64,000 bases of DNA, taken from NCBI GenBank assembly GCA_964035545.1, contig OZ037767.1, positions 28,970,628 through 29,034,627 on the forward strand, in the 5' to 3' direction. The first letter of the stretch is position 1; each line of letters opens with the position of its first letter. A model generated the notes under the pieces. The model was not told the origin of the DNA and made no database searches. It saw nothing but the letters and a program-made list of their open reading frames with translations. The position numbers and the translations under genes were made by a program. Below, piece by piece: positions 15,201-27,200 of the stretch. Origin of the DNA: Bugula neritina. Its lineage: Eukaryota > Animalia > Bryozoa.

Positions 15201-18200
15201 AATATTATGGATATGACACAACATGCTGAGATGTAAATGATGTTGTTATTTTACCAAATATTGGAGAATCTGTTGTGGAAGAAGTTCACAGGTTGCATTT
15301 AAACCCCCAGCGTGATTTGTGATGCAGTGTGAGGTGTGTAATGTGGATATAATGACATGGAAAGGGCTATTGTGTGCTGAGGTGGACTTTGATATCATCT
15401 GACAGCTGATGCTGCCAACTATGTCGTATCTAAACATTGGTACATTTGTGCTGCTGCTGATGCTAATGTTTACTCAACTCTCTTTCTAGTCGCATCATTT
15501 CTCAGAGTTGTAGGGCATAGCATGCTCAGCTTGGTAAGTGTCTCACTGTAGTTTCCTAGGTCTAGTACTTGTACAGGTATTCTACTTCTTGCTCACTGTA
15601 GTTTCCTAGCTCTAGTACATGTACAGGTATTCTACTTCTTGCTGTAAGTCTCTCCCAGGTTTTCACTTTCAGCTCCTGTTGAACTTGTTTGAGATTTTGG
15701 AATTTGAACAACAAATTTGTTGTGCTAACTGAGCGCTTTGTTATATATTGGTATTTGTGTAGTTTTTCCGTAGTATTTATTAGAACTGATGAACTAAAAA
15801 TCTCACTCAGCTAGACTGAGTTATTCGCTCCTTTATGAGGATCAGATATTAAGTGTATGTTTAGTAATTTCTCATATAATGCCAGGGCTCAATGGAAAAA
15901 AAGGGAGGTCGGGAAGGGGGTATGTGCTAAGTTCCATTACTTTCTGACACTCTATAATAGTGGATCTAAAGCTATCTCTAACCTATAATTATCTACCGAG
16001 ATGTTTTGACTTCTACGATAAAATTAGTCAGTCTGAGTTTGTTATGACTAGCTCCTGTCACACAGGTATAACTTAGTGACTGTAGCTGACTCTACTTTCT
16101 CTCCTGTAGATGTACCCTCAAAGACTCTCAACTGGCAGCATGTTGGCTCAACCAGGGGGTAGACGACCCCGGCAGTCGGATGCCATTCCTCCCATGAACC
16201 TCTCTTCACGTCTACTAGGTTTGAGTGAAGGCAGTCAGAAACACTCAACTGTTGAGGATGACAACGGAAATGAGGTGTGTAATAAGATATAGTGGGCTTA
16301 CCAAGAATTAGCTATGCTTCCTAATCAATGTAGATTTTGAAAATTCAGGTAGTACATGAGGTGGACTTTTCAGCCCGCCTGATTTTTAGTGTTTAATTTT
16401 AGTTTATTTAGTTGTTGGATAATGCCTTTTTTAAATTGAAAAGTTTTCCTACGCTCAAACTTTACAGTTTTGTTCAGAATGTAAATTTAAAAGTCTTTTT
16501 GAAAATATGATTTTATAGAGATTGCAGTCACATGTGCAAGGTTTGGTACCTGTGATGCTATATTGGCACACATTTCATCTAGTTTAACTGGGCAGGCCCT
16601 TCATGTCACTAGCTCTAAAAAATGCCGCCTGTCAAACGAACATAGTGGACTTTAGATTCATAGAAGCCGAGTTACTAGGCTAGGCGTATTGAAAGGTTGG
16701 GACTGGCAGTTGGCCACCCGAAATATTCATTGCATTTTTGGCTAAGCTGTAGTAAACACCAATTGACCTCTAAACCCACATTCATGTTTCCCTCTAGATG
16801 TTATATTAATAGATGTCAGTGCAAGAGTACTAGTGTGACTCAATGACTCAGTATTATGTAATATTTCACCTGTAGGTGGTTCTAAGGTCCAACCAGGTTT
16901 GTATCCACATCTTATATAAATGTTTAGCTATGTGTATTATGTTCTAGAGTTTTCCTCTATCCTGTAGAAAACCTTCACACGTGCTCAACCCTCATAGCAG
17001 CACTACTGTATGGCCTCACCATGTTCTCAAGCAATACCCTGCTTTGCAGTAGTTAATATTTTCCTATTAATAACACTCACCTAATGCATTATAATTATTA
17101 CACACCATATTTTCCCACTTGCACGTATATAGATGAGACAACTCTTGTATATGTCATACTGCCTTGTGTCTTTCTACTCAATGTGGTGGTCTAATTGTGT
17201 GGGGATGTTTATTTCTTGTCTTTTGTGATTTCAATATGTAAAACTGTTGTGTATAACACAATGTAGGAGTACATTCAGCTTCCTATTATGTAGACATATC
17301 ATTTCTCTATAGTTGCATCATGCCTTCTGCCTGGTGATAATGTATATAACATATAATATAATATATTCATTTCCTCCCATGATGTTTCCTTTGTACAGTC
17401 ATACTTGTAAGACCAGTAGCCAGCGTACCACCACTGCTTGTAGTCATTTTGCCTGGACCTCAGTGTTAAACCCGCAGCAGTGAATGATTTTCATTCTTAG
17501 CCTATGCTTTTACAATGTTGCTTCTATTGTGACCCATGAATGTGCTGCCACTGTTAGTCGTGTATTCAAGCTGGTCAGTCTTGCTTCTCATTGCTCGACT
17601 GTGCGTAGCTCGGGTAAACTGTTTTATTTCCTCTTTACATCAGAAACACAGGAAACAGATGTCGCTTCCTTCGGATGACTTTCATCACGCCTCCGGTGAA
17701 ATTAGTCCCGGTGGAACCTTGGTGAAGAACCGAGGATCCTCTGCTAAGCTCAGTCTCTTCTCCCTGCAGCCACAAAATAGCAAGGTATACTCAACTGTTG
17801 CGTTTTATATTGGGAGTTGTGTCCTCTATGCTGTGAGTTGTTGAGAGCACAACTACTAATTGCAGTTTATATCTACATGATGAATGTATACTGTAAGGAG
17901 TTTGTAAAGTTAGTCTTGCTGTTTTGATGTTAATATGATTTCACTTTAGTTTAAACATTTACCAAAAATACTAATTATTGTAAAAGTGGAAATTTTTTGA
18001 AGTGTTTGAACTAATTTGAATGTAGTTTGAATGTAGTCTGAATCTAGCCTGAATTTGGTCTGATTATTCTACAATTGGTTCTCCTTTTCTCTCCTTTTGA
18101 GTTGTTATTATTTTGTTTTGCAAGTTGAGCTGTCCTTTAGTTCAGAAGGAGGTTGCATGCTCTAGCGTGTGAAATTTAAGATTGCGTTGATATGAAGTCT

Positions 18201-21200
18201 TTAAAAGTCAAGTGTTATTTCATTGGATACATCTCGGTTATGCCAAATATTCTCACTGCTGTGGTATGTGGTATTTTTATTCAAGTAAGCTTTGATGGAC
18301 TAAATGGAATCAATCACTTGTCGATATTGAAGCCAGCTGATAGGAGTTGCGAGTCTGCAACATACAGTCTTCTAGTTACAACCAAAATGCCTTATCTCTC
18401 TTATCACCCACCTCTGTGGCATTCATCATAGCACTAGTAAGGTAGTCGGGCTTTGTCTCGTGCACATGTAATACATCTGGAAGTGGTAGTTGGTAGTGGC
18501 TGTGTGTTGGGCAGTGAGATGAAAACTGCTGACTTACATAACCCTCTTTCTAAGAGCATCAGCGGCAGCATGTTCAGGAGAGCTTCTACCTCCTCCATAT
18601 GCGAGAATGCGGTATGTGTGTATATTATGTAGTATGTGTGTATATAATATAGTAAGGCTAATATCTATATAGTAGGGGTAGTATCTATATAGTAGAGGTA
18701 GTATCTATATAGTAGAGGTAGTATCTATATAGTAGGGGGTAGTATCTATATAGTAGGGGTAGTATCTATATAGTAGAGTTAGTATCTATATAGTAGGGGG
18801 TAGTATCTATATAGTAGGGGTAGTATCTATATAGTAGGGGTAGTATCTATATAGCAGGGGCAGTATCTATATAGTAGGGGTAGTATCTATATAGTAGGGG
18901 TAGTATCTATATAGCAGGGGCAGTATCTATATAGTAGGGGTAGTATCTATTGTAGGGGTAGTATCTATATAGCAGGGGTAGTATCTATATAGCAGGGGCA
19001 GTATCTATATAGTAGGGGTAGTATCTATTGTAGGGGTAGTATCTATATAGCAGGGGCAGTATCTATATAGCAGGGGTAGTATCTATGTAGCAGGGGTAGT
19101 ATCTATACTGAGTTGATATATTGTTATTTATGTTTCTTGGTGCTTCATTGGTTGGTGCAATGTGCTGTCTGCTATGGTTGGTCTCTGAAGTTTAGACATC
19201 CAACTTCAGATTTTCATTAAATCTAACTTCTGTATGGATAGAAGAGGATTATTTGAACTTCTACTGGCCATTAATTCTATAAATCTATAAATAGTTCAGG
19301 CACCTCCATTTCCTGTTGGTGCTGATTCGTCAGTATTTTGGTACAAATAAGAGAGTATCCTGAAGCTGTAGTTGCTGTAATACCAATTACCAAATGTTAA
19401 TATTCTGGCCGTGGAAACTTCTTTCTATAAAATACGCTGTACTTTGCTGTATTTTGTTTTATTTTACTTGTTTCTAAGTATTGAAAACTTTCTACTTTTG
19501 CAATGAAACTGCATTACCTCAGCCATGTTTGCACTACTTGGTATCGTTATATTGAATGTACTGTATGTAGATTTGTTTGACTAATAAATAATTAATACTA
19601 TTCAATTTCAGTCTCAAGCACACCGGCAGCCATCTGTTGCTGCCGGTGTTTTGAGTTCGCAGCAGTTACTTGTGAGTTTCATACATGCACCTAGTGACTG
19701 TGCTTCCACATCTCACAGGAGTCGCGTCTCCTCGCTTAGTAGTGTTACCATGAAGGTGTGTGCTGGTGTGTGTTGGTGTGTGCTTTATCAGTACTCACTC
19801 TAAACTACTACTAGTTACTCTACTCCATACTACTCTACTCTATACTACTAGTTACTCTACTCAGTACTACTAGTTACTCTACTCTATACTACTAGTTACT
19901 CTACTCAGTACTACTAGTTACTCTACTCTATACTACTAGTTACTCTACTCTATACTACTAGTTACTCTACTCTATACTACTAGTTATTCTACCCAGTACT
20001 ACTAGTTACTCTACTCTATACTACTAGTTACTCTACTCAGTACTACTAGTTACTCTACTCAGTACTACTAGTTACTCTACTCAGTACTACTAGTTACTCT
20101 ACTCTATACTACTAGTTATTCTACCCAGTACTACTAGTTACTCTACTCTATACTACTAGTTACTCTACTCTGTACTGGTTACTCTACTCTATACTACTAG
20201 TTACTCTACTCCATACTACTAGTTACTCTACTCTATACTACTAGTTACTCTACTCTATACTACTAGTTACTCTACTCCATACTACTAGTTACTCTACTCT
20301 ATACTACTAGTTACTCTACTCTGTACTGGTTACTCTACTCAGTACTACTAGTTACTCTACTCTATACTACTAGTTACTCTACTCTAAACTACTAGTTACT
20401 CTACTCAGTACTACTAGTTACTCTACTCAGTACTACTAGTTACTCTACTCTAAACTACTAGTTACTCTACTCTATACTGCTAGTTACTCTACTCTAAACT
20501 ACTAGTTACTCTACTCAGTACTACTAGTTACTCTACTGTATACTACTAGTTACTCTACTCCGTTCTTGCTCTATGAATATAGAAAAATATGTTGTGTTAA
20601 AATTTTTTCATCACCAGCAATTTTTCATTAGAATCCCTCAAGATTTTTCTACTTCAGCCAGCATGGTGTTTTGTACAGTATAGGAACTTGTGTGCACTTT
20701 TCAGTGTGTCATTTGCGTTTAAGTTATGCATTCATTGGACATTCTTGCCTTTTTATTATAGAAGTTATTGTTTCTGATAGAATGTGGGTATCCCAGATAG
20801 ACTGAGTGAATGTAACTGTTTCTAATGATATAACAAAGGGGTCGGGCGAAGCCCTTTTTATGTGATATACAGACTAATACAACAGTCTATAGGCAATGAA
20901 TGACGTAGTTTATTCTTTTTTGAAATGTTAAATTAAAATCCACACTTAGAACTGGTGAAAATATTTCACTATTGTATATCTGAAATGAGTTTGTGAAACC
21001 CATGCAGGGATAGCAGCTGTTGCAGCTTCATTTATTGATTACATGAACACCTGTAAGGTGCTGCCAGGTCTTACATGCTGACAGTTGGTGTCACCTTTCT
21101 GTAGAGGTTAAGGACACTGAAATCTACTAACTTCAATGTTGTTTTCATGCTGTTAGTTTATTGCATATGACCAACTTTACTGATCTACGTGTGGCTGCAG

Positions 21201-24200
21201 CAAGTAGTGTATTTGTTATACTCCTAAATATATGAGGTAGGACAGGGGAAGTATTAGTCATTTTTCTGTCTCTCTCTGTTACAGAATCTCTCGGTATTAT
21301 ATTTTTCTACTGAATGTCATAGATATTCCACATATATATGTTAGATGCAAGGAATGCTGTCACTGTTTTATGCACTTGGAGTTACGTTTTGAAATCTCAC
21401 AGAAGCAGCGTGGTGTTGGGACAATTGCACTTTCTGTTTGGTTGATGCAAATGAGTTTTCTTTTTTCAATTGATGTTTCAGTTTGTATTATGTTTGCTCT
21501 TGATTAGCATAGTGAGAGTTTGTATAATTACAAATGTTATAGACTCTTAAATAGTGAACAAAACAAGCCTTGTTGATATGAGTGAGAAATGCAATGCATC
21601 TTTTGTTAACCAAGTAAATAATGCAGTGTTTTAGGGTACTAACTTGCCTATCTCCTGTGTGTATGTTAAGTTATTTCGTGCTGCGGTAGGAGAGAGAGAA
21701 GATGGAGATATTAGCAGATCTGTTGGAGCAATGGGGCAAGACCGGTCCCCCTGAACTGCCTCCTCTCTGCGGCGTTGGCTTGCCCAAGTTTGATCCGTCC
21801 CAGTTCGAGATTGAAGATCATTGGACAAGTTTTATTGACAAAACAGTGAGTTTCATATTTTCTTTTTCGTCATATGATTACGGTGGTGTTAGTGTGTTCC
21901 TCCCAATGTAGTTATTCTACAGCATTGCCTGCTTTCCTATGCAGTCTCTAGCAGAAGTTTAGTTTGAGAGCTCCTCTAGAGCTCCCCTATTCTCTACCCT
22001 TTCTTTATTGTGTTCCCAGCAAAATATCTTCAGTTGACCAGTAGTTTGTATTTCATTGAAATATGTTTATCATTCATTCACTTTTTGCCAAACTTTCTGA
22101 TAAAGCCATAGTTAGACATTTACATATATATTTTGTCCACTCACCTGTACACTCACCTGTACACTCACCTGTACACTCACCTGTACACTTACCTGTACAC
22201 TCACCTGAACACTCACCTGTACACTTACCTGTCACTTACCTGTACACTTACCTGTACACTCACCTGTACACTTACCTGTCACTCACCTGTACACTCACCT
22301 GTCACGTACCTGTACACTTACCTGTACACATCCTTCTCTGTTCAGGATCTCACTCAGAGACAAAAGGACCAGCAAGAAGCTCTCTGGGAACTTCTCTACA
22401 CGGAGTTGGAGTATATCAAAGCTCTCTACGTCATACATGATGTAAGTACAGTCATACGTGATGTAAGTACAGTCATACGTGATGTAAGTACAGTCATACG
22501 TGATGTAAGTACAGTCATACGTGATGTAAGTACAGTCATACACGATGTAAGTACAGTCATACACGATGTAAGTACAGTCATACGTGATGTAAGTACAGTC
22601 ATACAGGATGTAAGTACCGCCCCCCCCTTGCCTGCCATAGTTGTGGTTCCCGACTCCTTAAAGGAATTGTGTCCCCCCTAAGTTTCCCTAAGTCTAGACA
22701 TCAGTAGAAATTCATTTAAGAATGTTTGATTGGCGAAATAAAATGTAGAAAGAGTAAAAATTAAAAACTAAGAGAGCATCAAATTGCCTTGCTAGGAGTA
22801 AGAAAAAAGTTTACACTCCTGTGATGGTTTTATGAGGCAGCGTTGCTGGTGATGTCGTAAATAGTTACAGTTTGGGAAATGTTGTGTCATAACAATACCA
22901 TGCCTGTCAAATAAATCCTAATCTTATAGACTGAAGTATTTCATGTGACACTGAAGTGGCTATTAACAGTTATATGGTTCTAAAACTGACATAGCCTGTA
23001 AATTTAGCCTGTGGTACTAGCAATATATCCGTGATGGGACGACTACTGTAATTGTTGCACACTGTTACATATCATGTAGGACAAATGAAGTAAGATAGAA
23101 GTGCATAGCTTGATTCTCATGTGAACATATTGATGGCTAATTAGTTAACTCTGTACCACCCTTTTAGTCATGATTGTGGCCACCAAACAGCTTTCTAGTC
23201 GCCCACTGCTTTAGGGAGGTCATGCGAAGGTCAGCAGATCACTCTGCATAGTTTATGAGGGCGGGGCTAGTCATAAACTTGTCAGTTAGCACCAGTACAG
23301 CACTTCAGTTTGTTATCTGTAGCTGACAGTTAAATGCTGAGACAGTGATTGTACTATAGTGTACTGTGACAACGCCAAACTTATGCTTCCTGGTATTGTC
23401 TCACCACAGGACTGTACTGGTGGTTGTCCACGTGGTTTATGTCATGTGACTGCGTGCAATCTTAACGTGACCGCTGTTACCTGCATTAGTTACCTGCAGT
23501 GTATGTTCTTATCTAAAGAATGGGTTTATCTCTGTGTATCAGTTAGATTATCCCGTGTATCTCCCAGGCTAATTAGGTGCTGTTACTGAGTGAGTGAGGT
23601 TAAAATCTAGTGTGTGGTGTATCATGGTCAGTTACAATCCCTAGTCTGCTCTTCCTTCTAGGAGTCTACAGTGTCATCTGCTGTATTTTAACCGTGTTCT
23701 ACTTCATGTATTGTGTTGCAGCTGTTTATATGCTGCCTGCTCAACATCCAGAACAGCGGAGTTTTGAACGAGATCGATATTGCCGGAATGTTCTCCAATG
23801 TTGACGAGCTGGCCACCACCAACTCAACTTTCTGGTCCACGGAACTCATCACTGTCTTAGAGCACTCCCGAAAAAACAAATGCCTGTTCAACCCGTCCCT
23901 TCTAAAACCCGCTTTCACAAACGTAAGTGTGTTGCTTCCACAGTTTACTGCATTGTGTTAGATGATGACATCACAGCTGTCTGCTCTAGCGTTGAAACGA
24001 AAAATACATGAAAGGTCTTCTGCTATTTGTTTTATTTATTTTTTCAAAAAACTTGGATTTTACTGATTTTGTTTAGCATACTATAGTAGAGTAATAGAGA
24101 AGTCATTTGCTGGGAATGTTGTGCAAGTTTGAGTGATAAAGAAATAATGTATTTTCAGCCATTTTTGTCTTTCCACAAGTGTAGAAGTGATTGTTGCGGT

Positions 24201-27200
24201 GAAGAGCACTATGGTTATATCCAGTCAATAGATTGAAGTTCAAAGTTCAATTACTAATCACTGCTTTGTGATACAGTGGATACCTATACTAGAGTTATGT
24301 GATACAGTGGATACCTATAATGAAGCTGTATAATATTTGTAGTTCAGCGAAAGGTTTATGCCTTACACCAGATACTGCATAGAACAGAAGAAATGCTCAG
24401 ACTATGTGAAGAAAAACCACCAGGAACTTGCCATGTTTAAGTCATTCGTTGCTGTGAGTCTACACTAGGCTAATATTGCATAACAGACATCTCGATTTAG
24501 ATTCTGTACTATAGGGAAAGGTTCTCCAAGTGGTGGTAATTCTCCTTCTTAGAATACAAAGAGCAAAGTGCAAATTAGATATGGAATTGTGTTGTAATAG
24601 AGAGATATTTCATAGTGTAAATAGGTTCTAATCTATGCTGGTTTTAGTTGGGGGGGGGGGAGTGTGCCTCCTTCCTCACGAAAGCTTCTCCTCGCCATTT
24701 CCTTATTTGTTTTTCTAACTTTTTGTTAGATGGAGTCACTTGATAGTATATAAACTACCTGCAGTGGGTGTGTCGCCTTGTTTTATGATATCTAAATGCA
24801 TTGCAATGGGCTGCATTAACAAGGTGTGGGATTCCTTGTTTATATCTATCTGATACAATTACATGATATAAATACAAAATGGATGACATGAATAGCAAAG
24901 GAACTCTAGTTTTCAGACAATACAATATCATATCTCGGCTGGTAACTTGTAACTTGTGTATTTAGACTGTGTTAAGTAATTATCAATGATTTTATTTCAT
25001 TTTCCTTGTTCAGTATTAATTTTGGCACCCCTTATCAGTAAATCTCAAAGACTGACTACGCTTTTATCTGCTGAAATGCCATTATGAAACCTGCCAGTGT
25101 TTACTCTCTTACCTCTACACTGCTCTTATCTGTGTCAAAACTCTGCAGTATTTACCTGTCTGAAGGGTTTACTAAAAGTGGGGGGATTGCTACTGTAATT
25201 ACTTGATAATACGACAGGGTTCTACTGTAATTACTTGATAATACCACAGGGTTCTACTGTAATTACTTGATAATACCACAGGGTTCTACTGTAATTACTT
25301 GATAATACCACTGATAATAAGCAACTCTACTTCTTAATGTGTGGAACATCCAGAGTTGAAGTTTAAACTAGCATAAGCATCATCTTTCCATGTTTTTTTT
25401 TAAAAAGGCACCTTTTAAACTATATTGAATAATTTGTTTTTGAATATGATGAAGATAAGGTGTTATGCTGCTAGCAGCTAGAGAGTCCATGTTTTACATT
25501 GCCTGATTACTCCGTCCTTTGTGTAGTGGGCTGAAGCACAGAAACAGTGCAATAGACTGAAACTACACGACTTGCTGGTGAAACCCATGCAGAGGTTGAC
25601 CAGGTACGCTCTGCTCCTCAGGGCTATTCACAAGAAAACTGACGAGGAGAGTGTGAAGCAAGATCTGATGGAAATGGTGAGACAATAACTTCTCAATACT
25701 GAGCTATGTAGTCTGCATGTGTAATAGAGAAGACAACTACCCACTGTGTTATGTGTAATAGAGAAGATAACTACCCACTGTGTTGTGTGTAATAGAGAAG
25801 ACAACTACCCACTGTGTTTTGTGTAATAGAGAAGACAACTACCCACTCTACAAGTAATAAGTGTGGTAGAAGAGACTACAGTGTGGATGCATATTTATTC
25901 TTAGATAAACAATGTTGACAAGTTTGTATCGAATGTTGATGACACTCTTACGAGAGCCGATGAGAAAGAGAAACTGATACAGACTGCTGCCCGTATTGAC
26001 CCGTACGATGCCGTCGACGTACCAATGGTTGATGCTGAAATCAGCAAGGTAGGGTTGTCTACTGTTTTCTTCTTTTAGCTAATTATATCTTGAGCCGAGT
26101 CTGATTGATTTGTTGGCGGCCCTGTCCATACAAATATAGTCACTGAAATATTTTATATTGAGAATAAAGAGTAAGTCTGTCATATAGTAAGTGATATCAC
26201 CTTATTTAGTGTTTAACTGCAATCTTATATTTAACCTAGAACTCTCTCTTTAGAGATGATTGTTTCAAACAGAGTTGTTGATATTTCATGTATTTATGTC
26301 GCACTTTGTCTTATACAATCTAAAGTCGACACTTCCAACAGTGGAATAATATAATTTCAATACATGAATATATTACTGTTACAATATGCTATATATATAC
26401 ATGATTATTATTATTTTATTTAATCTTATTTACCAGGTTTTTACACAAACTTACATGGCATTAGATCTTCTATCTCCAATGCCAGGCTGCGGCAGTCAGC
26501 TGCGATACAACCTGCTAGAAGGACCTCTCAAGTTACGAGATATGGGCACGAAGATAGACGTTCACTGCGTTCTCTTCACGGACATGCTGCTCTTCACTAA
26601 ACCATTTAAACGGGACAAACTTCGAATCATAAAACCTCCGATACGTATAGATAGCCTGAGTATCCACGAGATAAAAGATAGTCGTAAGTTTTAGCCTTTG
26701 CTCTTCTCCATCTAGTTCTTGCATATGAAATTTAATTAGGCGTGTCATGTTGATTTAATGTGTTGATGTGTTTTATTACAGCCTACCTGTTGCTGGTACA
26801 TTTGACTGATTTCGGCGTGGCCCAAGCTGCGTACACACTGCAAGGAGATAATATCACTAAATGGGTTAAAACCTTCAGAAAGGCTCAGGTATGTCTACCA
26901 GTATATTAACTTACTCTACACTACATACATGTATAACTTACTCTACACTACATACATGTATAACTTACTCTAAACTTTCTGTAGTCCATGTATAATATGT
27001 AAATATGTACATCTATATATGTACATAGTAACTTACTGTGTAACGTACTTCACATCTCTGCCTCTTTCTCTAGTCCATGTATATGAAAGCCAAGGAAAGA
27101 ACCCGCAACGAGTCTCTCCGTCTGTCGCTCACTGATCCAGATTTGGATGATCTCGGATTTTGTGGCCCCCTGAACAGCAAGGCTGTTGCTGACCCCGTGT

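Noticed and set aside
15490-15533. AG...GTAAGT-bounded 44-nt segment in PLEKHG5 intron 4
   Set aside because: In-frame stop and frameshifting length as an internal exon; it could be an alternative first exon (MLSL) but is unsupported.
20836-20892. GGGCGAAGCCC mini-hairpin and a small adjacent inverted repeat (Helitron/Helentron-like end)
   Set aside because: Too short, with no matching other terminus.
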